Origin: Camelus ferus
Lineage: Eukaryota
Length of the DNA stretch: 64,000 nt
Assembly: GCF_009834535.1 (NCBI RefSeq)
Contig: NC_045696.1
Coordinates: 13,084,001 to 13,148,000, forward strand
Reading direction: 5' to 3'
Part shown: one piece after another, positions 13,031 through 24,662 of the stretch
Numbering within the stretch: position 1 is the first letter of the stretch
How the letters are laid out: every line of letters starts with the position of its first letter
Translations under genes and position numbers: made by a program
The notes under the pieces: model-generated
What the model was told of the DNA's origin: nothing
Databases searched by the model: none
The model's input: only the letters and a program-made list of their open reading frames with translations

Positions 13031-15224
13031 AATATTCTTCTAAAATATGATTTTTAGTGGTTGGGGTTTTCTTCCATCAGCATATATTTGAGATCTTCAT
13101 AGATGAACATTTTTCTATACCATCATAACCTATAACCACTATTGCCTGTTGCATAATCTTTCTTTGATAATTCTATTCTCACTATACTCACCTATCGAGC
13201 TATTAACCTGCCAGAGAAACTAGCTTACAGGTTGTCTCTTTCTTTACATAAGAAAAGTCATTTATATTTTGACTTTATGTTACCTACTCTCTCATAGGCT
13301 TGCAGGGAAAAAGAGAGAAAGGGAGGGAGAGAGAGAGAAATACAAATGAATGAGAGAAATAAGAGAATCAGAGTGTGTCCTGATTTAAAATGAATATATC
13401 TGAAGGTGCAGCTCAGACCCAGGCTGTGAGTTTATTGTGTTGATTTTTGCCTGGTGTATATCATCTGAGGGCATTTTAAGTCCCAGTTATCCAATCAACA
13501 GAAACGTTCTTCACTGCCTTGCACAATGGACTCATAATCATTTATCAGAATGTGGCTGAGGAGTTGCCTTTGCCCTTCAAGAGACCCCACAGCTCACTGT
13601 CCGAACTTCCTTTCATTGCCACTGGGGAGGGCTTCAGAGAGGAGGAACACGAGGGCAGGGATGCAGGAGGAGGTAGGTTTACGTGGGTGATTAATGTGGT
13701 TTCATAAAAAAGAGTTTCTCTAAGGGAACAAAGTGCTCTTGCACTCGTGGGAAGACAAGATTGAAGAACTCTCCTTAATGCATTAGGCAAGAGCAGGTCG
13801 ATGGATGTATTTGCCAAACTCCCCTCCTAGGAAGAGACAAGTCTCCCAAACCTGAACACTAATGGCATGACAGTCAATTTAAAAATGGACATTAGACCCT
13901 AAGCAAATGTGATGCCCATTAAACTGTAGAGGTTGCGAAAGTAGGGCACATAATCAGAGCGTAAGTCTGCCGGCTGTGACAGCCGGCGGTGCAGGGAAGA
14001 TGGATTCACCAGCCTCACGCTGAACTTCCCAGCAGAGCTGAGCAGGTTCACCTCTTGCTGCTGTCACCACAGACACTCCTCCTGGGATATGAGCCTTAAC
14101 GTATGAGCCCACCAAGGCGAAATCTGAGACTTAATAACTTCATAAATCCCCGGGAGACATTTTTTTCTAATTGAGTGCTTGGTAGCGGCATTTATTGATG
14201 GTGAGCTGAATTTTTAGAAATCAATCGCTAACTAGTGACACAGACAAGAAAATGATATAGACCATGCTTAGGTTGCAGAAAAAGCTATGAAAAAGGGCTA
14301 AAAGCTACTGGATAAAGAAACAACTAAAAGGCAAATAAGACCGGATTGAAAGCAAGTCAGCTATAGAAAACTCCCTTCGGCTTGGAAGTAGGAGGCTTAG
14401 AACCTAGTTGTAATGGCTGCATGATCTGTGAGAGCTGTTGGTACCTTCTTCTTGGTTAATGTTAACATGGACAAAACCAAGTGACCTGGAGCGTTTGAAG
14501 TGGGTTCATTCTTTTCTTTCTTTCTTTTTTCCCAAGTAGACTTTATTTTTAGAGCAGGTTTAGGCTCACCACAAAATTGAGTGAAGGGTGCAGAGATTTC
14601 CCATATACTCCAGCCCCCACATATGTACAGCCTCCCCTACTGTCAAAATCTCAAACTGGTGTGTGAATTTTTCACAATTGATGAACGATATTGATACGTC
14701 ATTATTATCCAAAGTCCATGGTTTACATTGGTGTTCACTCTCAGTTTTGTACATTCTGTGTGTTTTTTTTTTAACAAAGTATAATGATAAACAGCCACCT
14801 TTATAATATATAGCCTAGTTTCGTTATCTTGAAAACCCTCTGTGCTCTACCTCTTCATCTCCTTTTTACCCATCCCTGAGTAACCAATGATCCTTTTACA
14901 GGCCCCCATAGTTTTGCCTTTTCTGGAATGTTATATGGCTAAATTAAACACTATATAGTCTTTTCACTTGGAAATATGCATTTAATTTTCTTCCATGTCT
15001 ATTCATGGCTTGACAGCTCATTTCTTTTTAGTGTTAGGTAATATTCCGTTGTGTGGATGTACCAGAGTTTATCCACTCACCTATTGAAGTCCATCTTGGT
15101 TGCTTCCAGGTTTTTTGGCAGTTATGAATGAAACTGCTCTAAGCATCTGTGTGAAGGTTTTTGCGTGGACATTAAGTATTCAACTCATTTGAGTAAATAC
15201 TAAGGAGGGCAATCATGGTGCCAG

Positions 15225-15468
15225 TGGATTCGATATCTGGGGAAAGCATGCTTCCTAAATGGCCATTGTTTAGCTGTAACTTCACAGAAGTGGGCAGAAG
15301 TGGGTAAAGGAGTTTTCTCAGGCCCCTTACAAGGGCACTAATATCATTCACAAGGGCTCTGCCCTCATGACCTAAGCACCTCCCGAAAGCCCCACCTCCA
15401 AACACCATCACACTGAGGATTAAGTTTCAACATATGAATTTTGGGAGCCACAAACATTTAGACTGTAG
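15225..15468 (-). mobile_element. MLT1A-like LTR, truncated
   Basis: aagggcactaat...gccctcatgacctaa...aaagccccacctcc...tttcaacatatgaattttggg. Confidence 0.8.
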
Positions 15469-15720
15469 TTGATCTTAATTTGGGAAAACTTACCGTCATT
15501 ATTGCTTCAAATATTTCTTCTGTTCCTCACTCTCCACTTCTAGGATTCCCATTAAGTGTATGTTATGCATTTTGTACTTGTCCCACTGTTCTTGAATATT
15601 CTGTTTCATTTTTTTCTGTCTGTGCTTTTCTGTTTGGAAGTTTCTACTGACACATGCTCCAACTCAGAGATTCTTTCTTCATCCATGTCCAGTCTATGAA
15701 TAAGCCCAATAAAGTCATTC

Positions 15721-16112
15721 TTTTTAAAAAAAAATTTTATTGAAGTGTAGTTGATTAACAGCATTAATTTCAGGTGTACAGCAAAGTGATTCAGTTATAC
15801 ATATACATACATATATATATTTTTTTCTTTTCAGATTCTTTTCCATTATATGTTATTACAAGAAATTGAATATAGTTCCCTGTGCTGTACAGTAGGTCCT
15901 TGTTGTTTATCTATTTTATATATAGTAACATGTGTCTGTTAATCCCCAACCCCCAATTTATCCCTCCCTGGCCCTTCCCCTTTGGTAACCATAGTTTGTG
16001 TTCTATGTCCATGAGTGTGTTTTTGGCTTGTAAATAGAATTTACATCTTTTTCCTCCAAGGTTCCACATATAAGCAATATCATATGATACTTGTCTTTCT
16101 CTATCTGACTCC
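15721..16112 (-). mobile_element. Younger artiodactyl-type L1 3' end
   Basis: ttttattgaagtgtagttgat...caggtgtacagcaaagtgattcagtt; imperfect TSD aaagtcattctt / aaaggcatcctt. Confidence 0.85.
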
Positions 16113-17319
16113 AAAGGCATCCTTGATTTCTGTTACATGTTTTTGATCTCTAGTATTTGTTTCTGGTTCTCTTTTAGAAGTTCCATCTCTCTGCTTGCAT
16201 CGCCCGTCTGTTCTTGTATGTCAATTTTATCCATTAGACCCCACTGCATATTAATCACAGTTGTTTTACGTTTCTGGTCTGGTTGTTCCCGTATCCCTGC
16301 CATACCTGAGTCTGGTTCCGACGCTTTCTCTTTCTCTTCATCCTGTGGGCATTGTCATGTAATTTTTTCTCGATAGCTGGACATAAAGGTAAACAGGCCC
16401 TTAGTGAGGTAATGGGAAGGTGTAGGGGCGGAGAAGGGTTCTGTTGTGCTCAGGTTCAGCAAAAGTTTCTTTATGAGCTTGTGCTTCTGGACCGTGAACT
16501 TCACAAGGGCTTCCCAGTCTCCCCTGCAGGTAGAATAGAACGGTGTCTCCCTCCCTCCCTCTCCCACAGGACAGGCTACAGCCGGCTGGAGTTGGGTATT
16601 TTCCTTTTCCCAGGCTGATTAGGCTCTCAAAATTCCCAGCAGTTTAGGCTGTGGTAAGATAGCTTCTCTTGAGGGCAGGTCTTTTAGGAAGAACAGAGTG
16701 CTCTGCCATGTTTCATAATTGCCACTTTCCCCCTCATCCTCCTTGAAAGCGGGAGGAGATTTTTCCCCTATCTTCATTACTCCCCTATATTCACTATGTC
16801 CACTGTTTTTGTCCTGTATTCTCTGTCAGAACCAGAAGTTTCTCACAGAGCTCCTGGAGATAAAACTCATAAATGTGCCCTCCCCTCCCTTGCCCCGACT
16901 GGGTCCTCCTGGAGTTTTTAACTCTCAGACTTGTCTGCATGGAGCCTCTAGCAACCCATTAATTATAGTTTATGTTCTCCTACCCTGGCACTGGTTCCTG
17001 CAAGGGTGTCTGCTTATGGGGTTCTGCTCCAGTAAGTTGTGATTTTCTGTAATCATCTGTCATTCTCTCCAATTGTGGGGGCAAAAGTTTGCCCTGTGAT
17101 CTCCCTTCTCCCATGGATCTAAAAAAAGTTGCTGATTTTTCAGTTTGTTCAGCTTTTCAGTTGTTAGGACAGAGTGACCATTTCTAAGTGCCTTGTATGT
17201 TGGACTGAGAATTGAAAGTTGGTTCATTCTTTAAAAAAATTAGTATTTGTTCTTTCTTTCTTTTCAACGCCTTTATTGTGGTATGGTTCCTGTACAGTAA
17301 ACTACACATACTAATATTC

Positions 17320-17810
17320 TTTATTTTTGAGAGCAGTTTTAAGTTAAAAAATTGAACATATATAAATTTCCCATGTACATTCTCCCTCTCTCTCTCAGTT
17401 TCCCCTATTATTAATGTCTTGTGAGTGTGTGGTACATTTATTACAATTGATGAACCAATACTGACACATTATTATTAACTGAAGACCCATAGCTTTACAT
17501 TAGAGTTCATTCTATGTTGCACAGTTCTGTGGGTTTAGTCAAATGAATAACGACATGTGTCTCTCCTATAGCAGCATGTAAGGTTGGGTTTCATGGACCT
17601 AAAATTCCCCGTATTCCATATGTACCTCCTTTCCTCCTTCCCATCCCCTGGCCATCACTGAACTCTTTACTGTCTTCATAGTTCTGCCTTTTCTAGAATA
17701 GCCTATCATTGAAATCATACAAAATCTTTTCAGACTGGTTCTTTTATTTAGCAAAACACACATAAAATTCCCTCATGTCTTTTTGTAGTTTGAGAGCTCA
17801 ATTTTTATGA
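17320..17810 (-). mobile_element. L1MC-like 3' end (second copy)
   Basis: gagcagtttt...tggtacatttattacaattgatgaacc; homologous to 14535-15030. Confidence 0.8.
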
Positions 17811-17814
17811 TTAA

Positions 17815-18110
17815 TTAGTTTGACCACTAGTTATTAGATGCATGCTTGAGTCTGGTACCAGCTGGGACTAGAGACACAAACACAAATAAGAAACAGCTGT
17901 GCTCCTACAAAGTTGACATGGAAACTGGTGGAGAGACAGATGATTGAACAGTGGCAATGCCAGGCAGATGGGAAGAAGTGAGAGCAGAAGGTGAAGACAG
18001 CGAGTGGCATCAGGTGATGTGTAATAGAAGAGAACAGGATGCTCTAGAGGGTAGGGGTGGAGACAAGGTTTGAACATAAATTGGACCAGTTTCCTAACCA
18101 GGAAGCCAGG
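17815..18110 (-). mobile_element. L2 fragment
   Basis: Antisense L2 3' pattern (ctagagacacaaa...aataagaaacag...ggtggagagacaga). Confidence 0.5.
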
Positions 18111-18369
18111 AAGGAGAAAGAAAGTGAGAAGAAAAAAAAAAATCAGTGGATAAATTAATCCATTAGTATAGTATGAAAAAGTGAGACAGAAGACAAGCAA
18201 CAATTTATTTTTAGTTGTAGGTTCTGAATGAATACTTGGTATGCATATTTTATAGTATTTCTTGTCATGACGTGGAAGGACCTTTCTGGTGCCTGGAACA
18301 AAATTAATTCCTGTCCCCTGAATAACCTGAGTTTACATTTTGGTCTTTTCCCACTAAAAAATGTAGCAT

Positions 18370-18515
18370 TTAAAAACTGGAAGGAAACTTAATGGCAGTT
18401 TAGCCTAACTCATTTTGCAGATGAGGAGACTAATGGCTAAAATTAAGTGATTTTCCCAGTTATTTAGGGGATGGAAGTATGGGCTGAGAAGTGGTTCTCC
18501 TAATCTGATTCTAAT
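18370..18515 (-). mobile_element. MIR fragment
   Basis: ctcattttgcagatgaggagact...taagtgattttccca. Confidence 0.55.
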
Positions 18516-19386
18516 AATCCTACCCCCCATTTTTCCCTAAAGGCACAGAAAAAAAATGAGCAATAAATCTGTCCACTAGCAGGTTCTAAAATATTGATAC
18601 AAAGAAGAGAGAGTGACAGGTGTGACTGTTTCTTACCCAAATAAGAGTCTAGACAGTTCTAAGATCCAAGATACGGCTGAAATAAGGAACTATAACTATC
18701 AGTAAAAGAGGAAGATAAGAATAGTGGGGAGAGAAGAAAGGAATGGGAACCAGAAGTAAAAAACGAAGTGGAAGGAAAAGAGAGAAGGACTGAATGAACA
18801 CTCGTGGTGTTTATCGCTTCACTTTAGAGAGAATATTACCACATTTATGGGGTCAAAAAATGAGTTCTGGGCAACTTGGAAATGCCAGACAGCCTGCAGG
18901 TGTCCAGAAATAATGTCAATGAAATGAGGGAAATAAAATTATTGTCATCTTCTGGGAAAAGCATGGGGTCATTATTCTGAGGTCAACACACTCTCACAGA
19001 TTTTCTCAATTTGGTCCTTGTTTCTCCAGTTTTCCATGTTGTTCTGGGGTGTTTGGACATAAGAACAGTTGCATGTTGCTGGAAGAGTTGCTCAAAAGCT
19101 TATCTGCTTTTGCTGGGCCTGTTAGTAATCTGTGGGAGGTTCTCCCCCAGAGGCTGTGTGTGTGAGATCCCAAACAAGGGCCTGGATGGGGGTTAAGATC
19201 TGTAATTTTTGTCCTTTTTCTTCTCTTCTCCCTCTTCTTTCCCCTCTCTGTTCCTCTTTCTCTCTTTTGCATCTTTTCTCCCTCTTCCCTGACACAGGTT
19301 TTTACCTCCTCTGGGGATGGGAAATGGTGGCGTGTGGGTGATGGTAACAGGGGAAAGACACAGGCATGAAAACAACATTGATCTCA

Positions 19387-20829
19387 TTGTGCACCTCCAT
19401 CAGAGCTCCATCAAGTAACCAGGAGCATTGTCAATGGAGAGTAATACATTAAAAGGAATCTTCTGTTCTGAGCAGTCAGTCTCACCAGTGGGCTAAAAAT
19501 AGTACTCCATGCTGTAAACAGACATGCTGTCATCCAGGCTTTGTTGTTCCACTGAGTACAAGCAGCGCAGATTTAGCATAATTCTTAAGGGCCCTAAGAT
19601 TTCCTGAATGGTAAGTGAGCACTGGCTTCAACTGAAAGTCAGTAGCTGCATTGGACCCTAACAAGAGAATCAGCCTGTCCTTTGAAGCTTCGAAGCCAGA
19701 CATTGACTTCTCCTCTCCACCTATGAAAGTCCTAGATGACGTCTTCTTCCAATGCAAGGCTGTTTTGTCTACTATGGAAGTCTGTTATTTAGTGTCGCCA
19801 CCTCTGTTAATAATCTTGGCTAGCTCTCCTGGATAACTCACTACAGCTTCTACATCAGCCTATGCTGTTTTACCTTGTACTTTGATGTTATAGAGATGGT
19901 TTCTTTCCTTAAACCTCATGAACCAACCTCTGCTAGCTTCGTACTTTTCTTCTGCAGCTTCCTCACCTCTCAGCCTTCACAGAATTGAAGGAGTTAGGGT
20001 CTTGCCCTGGATTAGGCTTTGGCTCAAGGGAAGGTTGTGGCTGGCTTAAGTTTCTATCTAGACCACTACAACTTTCTCCGTATCAGCATTAAGGCTGTTT
20101 CACTTTCTTACCATTTGTGTGTACACTGGAGTAGCACTTTTAATTTCCTTCAAGAACTTTTCTTTCGCATTCACACCTTGGCTATTGGGTGCAAAAGGCC
20201 TAGCTTTTGGCCTATGTTAGCTTTTTAAGAAAAATTTATTTTTTAATACAAACTGAATGAAAAAAGAACCATGAGTTCAAGAAAAATTAATTAATTAATT
20301 AATTAATTAATTTATGGTTTAAGCTTTTAACGTGCCTTCCTCACTAAACAAATCATTTTTAGCTTTGGATTTAAAGTGAAAAGCGTGTGACTCTTCCTTT
20401 CACTTGAACACTTAGAGGCCATTGTAGGGTTATTAATTGGCCTAATTTTGATGTTGTTGTGCCTCAAGGAACAGGGAGGCTCTAGGAGCAGGAGAAAGGT
20501 GGGGGAACAGCTGGTTGGTGGAGCAGTCAGAACACACACAACTTTTATGGGTAAGTTTGCTGCCTGATATGGGTGTGGTTCATGGTGCCCTAAATCAATG
20601 ACAATAGTAACATCAAAGACCACTGATCATAGATCACCGTAACAAATACCATAATAATAAAAAGTTTGAAATATTGCGAGAATTATAAAAATATGATACA
20701 AACACGAAGTGAGCAAATGCTCTGGGAAAAATAGCAACAAGAGACTTGCTCAACGTAAGGTTGCCACAAACCTTCAATTTGTAAAAACAGTGCAGTATCT
20801 GCAAAGTGCAATAAAATGAGGTATGCTTG
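19387..20829 (-). mobile_element. Tigger1 DNA transposon, 5' part with decayed transposase
   Basis: Terminus gcaataaaatgaggtatgcttg|TA; peptides MASKCSSERKSH and [45 protein letters not shown] match Tigger1 transposase. Confidence 0.92.
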
Positions 20830-20999
20830 TATGTCCCAGTGTTCTCCTAACAGATCCATTTTTGATGGTTGTTTTTAACAAACAATTTCCAGTTGGTTTC
20901 TTTTATTTCTTAGCTAATTTACTCCCCACGAATTTTCCTTTGAAAAATACTCCATATGCTACCCATACCGTGACTGCCCTTCTTTCTCTTGGATTAAAG

Positions 21000-21199
21000 A
21001 AGTGGTTCTCACACTTTAGATCACATCAGATCCCCTGAAGGGTTTACTGAAACACAGCTTTCTGGGACCTCTCCTTCCCCGCTGAGGTTCTGAGTCAGCA
21101 GGTCTGGGGTCGGGCATAAGAACTTATCGTTCTGTTTCTAACAAGTTCCCAAATAATGCTTATGCTGCTGGCCAGGCAACCACACTTTCAGAGCCACTG
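21000..21199. mobile_element. MER5A, near full length
   Basis: TIRs agtggttctca / cagagccactg; tttctaacaagttccca, gctgctgg, accacacttt. Confidence 0.85.
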
Positions 21200-21689
21200 A
21201 TTTATGAAGTAATAACTTTGGAGGAATTCTGTAAAAATAAAAATACATCATGAGTTACATTACACTTAGGTGTTTACGCTTGTATGGCAAAAACATCCAA
21301 TGTCCAAACACCTAACACCTTAGTATAAATGAGATAATATTCATTTCTAGTTGGAAGAGAGCTAGTTTGGGTACAGGTGTGGTGGTCATCTGCCCTGGTT
21401 ACCCCAGATATACTAATTTCAAATAATTTTTATTCCCTTTAATAAATATGGGCCATTATATGCATAATTAAGAGGAATTTATTTATACTCATTGAATATT
21501 TCATTTAAACATTTAAATATTTCATTAAAAAAATCTATTGTGAGACAGCAGGTCCCAATATTTCTGTTTAAGGGACACCATTACTATGACACACAAGTAA
21601 AATTTGAGTAAAGGAGGAGGGAAAAGGAGGTAGAGGGCAGGGGGCCTCCAGAAAGACATTCCCAGGTGGGTACAAGTGTGGCAAAGAGT

Positions 21690-22021
21690 GAGGGTGTATC
21701 TGTTAGAATTCAGCCAGAGAATTGGGACCAGCAAGAAGGGAAGGTCATGGACAGGATGAATCTCCAGGGCACAAAACAAAACTGTTGTCCACAGTGGAAT
21801 TTCTTCTTCCAGGGAAGCCTCAGCCGTGCTTTTTAAGGATTTCCAACTGATTAAGACAGGCCCACCGGATTAGCCAGGATAATTTCCCTTAATTAAAGTC
21901 AATTGAGGAGGGCCTTTAATTAAATCTGCAAAAATCTTTTCACAGCAATGCCTAGATTCATGTCTGATTAAATCACTGGGAACCATAGTTCAGCCAAGCT
22001 GACACATCCAAAAAGCCATCT
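21690..22021 (-). mobile_element. MLT2 (ERVL) LTR fragment
   Basis: caactgatt...aggcccacc...aaagtcaa...ttcacagcaa...agccaagctgacacat. Confidence 0.75.
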
Positions 22022-24007
22022 TGGAGGGCATGGAGTGATTTGAGAAGAAGGGTGTGAGGAAGGGTTAAATGGTGTTTTTGAAGGCCAAAAATACAAATCT
22101 TTCCCACTTCTCAGTTTAGGGTGTTCTCTGCATTCAGGAATTGTCTCCTGATAGACTTGGAAAGAAAGGAAAAAAAATAACCCAGTAATTGTTTCTGCCA
22201 ATATGTGAAAGCTGGATGTGAAGAGGAAAGGCTGTTTTCAGGAACTACGAACTGGCTCACCTTTAAAAGGAAAATGAACTCCTCTAGCCAAGTGGAATTG
22301 CAAGATTGTCCTGGATAGCAATGTGCACTGGATGGCAAAATTTATTACCAACCTAGCAGGGGAGAGCTTTTATCTCTCAGTTAGTCGTAACACAGCCTTG
22401 GATCCAAAGGTGGGGAGTATGAGCCTGGAAAGGAAGGTTACCTGCCCTTTGGTCTTGGGTTGTTTCATGAGAACTTGGACAGGTGGATCACAGTTTATTT
22501 TCGTATATCATAAAAATGACTACGACCCTCCTCCCTACATCTGAGGGAGGTCCTCTGGGCCACTAATTAAAGATACACCCTTAATTAAAAAATCTATGAT
22601 TGTCAGGGAATCAATCACTTAGCAATGACAGGTAAACTCTTAAGAACTTGGAGCACTGATTTAATTTCCATCTCAGAGAGTCAGAGATTAATGTAGCATT
22701 CATGGCAGCTGGAGTGGATAATGATATGTTCAGTGAGAGTCCACCATTTTTTAAGAAATTGATGAGTTTAAGAAAACTGCTGAGTCATATGGTATAAGAG
22801 TGGCTGTACCATCTTGCATTTCCACCAGCAAAGTATGAGAGATAACCTAGCACCATTTTGATGCTCTCTGGGTACACAAAGGTCTTCCTCTCAGGTTTTT
22901 GGTCTGCCATTGATTCTTTCCCTCCCAAAGTCCTTCTCTTATGACATAGTTCTTCTATGAATAATACTCTCAGTAGTCTATTTTCAATTCTTCAGGAAAA
23001 TGTTCTGATAAAAATATTGGTCCTGACTGTGGAATTCATTCATTGGTAGCAGATCACAGACTATAATGCCAAGTTACTCCTGGTTTGATACAGAAATTTG
23101 ACTGTATCTAGCTCCTCTTTTTTCCTTCAGAGGAAGGATGGAATGGAGATACTTTCATCCATTTCCTGAAAAAGAGAACACGTTTTTTGGCTGTTTATGA
23201 TGGAGTTTGATAGGCCATCAAATTCCATCTAAACAGAAAGAGAGAGAGGAAAGCATTTCAGCAGAGAGAATGTGCACTTGGAAACGTGTACTTCTCTTTC
23301 CTATCCAAGTTCAGAACCAGTTGAAGATGAAGATTAAAGAAGTAGTGAAGCCAAATATTGTCTTTATTACTAATAGATCTGACCTTGGAGAATGTGGCAC
23401 ATCTGTAGGTAAGTGGAATCCTGATTCTGAACCCAGAAACAGGTGGGCTTCCCCTCCCAGTTCCAGGCTATGCTGGACCAGGGCAAGCCTCCCCAGAGGA
23501 GGGCTGACTCTGTAAGAACGTCAGCACGGAGTAACAGAAGAGGATGTTGGCTTCCTCTGGGCAGCTCCTTCTAAGAGGAAGGACTGGGAAGCATAGTCAG
23601 TTCCCTATCTCATTTTTTTAACAAGGTGACTGTTTCTCAATCCCTAGGGACAGTGTAGTGACAGGGAGGGAATAGCCAGAAGTGCTAACTACTGGATTCC
23701 CTTTCTATGGGGAGGAATTAGCCTCCCCAAGAGAAAGAATGACATTGGGGAGATTCCCCTGGAGGTAAAATTAGAGGAGCTCTGTGCCTGGCTCTGGCTG
23801 TACTTCTGAAAGAGCTGAGAAAGAAATGACTGTGTTTAGAGAGGCAGGACCCCAGGCACCTGACTCACCAGCTTTCCAAAGATTAACAGACATCAAAGCA
23901 TGGGTCAGAGGTGGTCAAATGACTAAGGTTGAACTGACCACCAGGCTGTCAGAGAAGGGGCTCAGAATTGAAATGCACTTTATATATAGACAATTGAGAA
24001 ATGGGAT

Positions 24008-24662
24008 ATCGTATATCATGCACTCTAAGGTGCCACTGACTCTATGATGTTGAATCATTTTGTGTTCCACCAAGAAAAAGAATTGCTATTAAATTTGACA
24101 TAATGCTATTATATCTCTTGATGCTTTTATATTATACTTATGAAAATGTTTTTCTTGATTTTTCTAGGCATAAAATTCTGTTATGTACTACCCCTGTGCA
24201 TAAATAAAGAGGAAAAATATAAAGAAAATCAATTTTAACAGATATTCATAATAGTTTTTCCCATTTAGAGTCTTGCTTTTCTGAATCTATTTTTTTGATT
24301 CTGAGTTGTCAATGTTCATGGTTTTTTTTTTAGTATCTTCCTCTGTGCTGTGAAAGCATTGGACATTCGGTGTTTATTGAAAGCATGTTCCTTGAAACTT
24401 ATACAATACTTTATGTCAATTATAATTAAATTTAAAAAAGAAATAGGTAGGAAAGAGAAAAAAAAGTGTGTTCTACCACTGTCTCTGGGATGTTCTTCCA
24501 AGCCACTTCTCCCTTCTCTAGGTCAGGAAGTAGCAACTCCACCATATCTGCCACATGGTGACAGAGATGCTAAGACACTTTTGATTGTAAGAAACATTTC
24601 ACTTTCAGAGATGTTAAGATATAAATTTAAAAATGTGTAGCCTAGAATGGATGGATGAATAG
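24008..24662 (-). mobile_element. Kanga-like (TcMar-Tc2) element, internally deleted
   Basis: Both ends resemble Kanga termini (cgtatatcatgcactctaaggtgcc; gattgtaagaaacat...ttcagagatgttaa...ctagaat); minus-strand EHAFNKHRMSNAF resembles the Tc2 transposase C-terminus. Confidence 0.6.

Larger units (their letters stand above)
14515..17219 (-). mobile_element. L1MC-like element with both termini and a large internal deletion
   Basis: 3' end at ~14535 (ttttagagcaggtttagg...), ORF1/5' UTR-like sequence at 15470-17219, TSD ggttcattcttt at 14503-14514 and 17221-17232. Confidence 0.75.

Noticed and set aside
19530..19757. Domesticated TIGD/CENP-B-like gene
   Set aside because: The transposase is broken by stops, frameshifts and an insertion; ordinary Tigger1 fossil
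23131..23240. H/ACA snoRNA (hairpin-ANANNA-hairpin-ACA)
   Set aside because: Too short, no pseudouridylation pockets, and the ACA is paired within the stem
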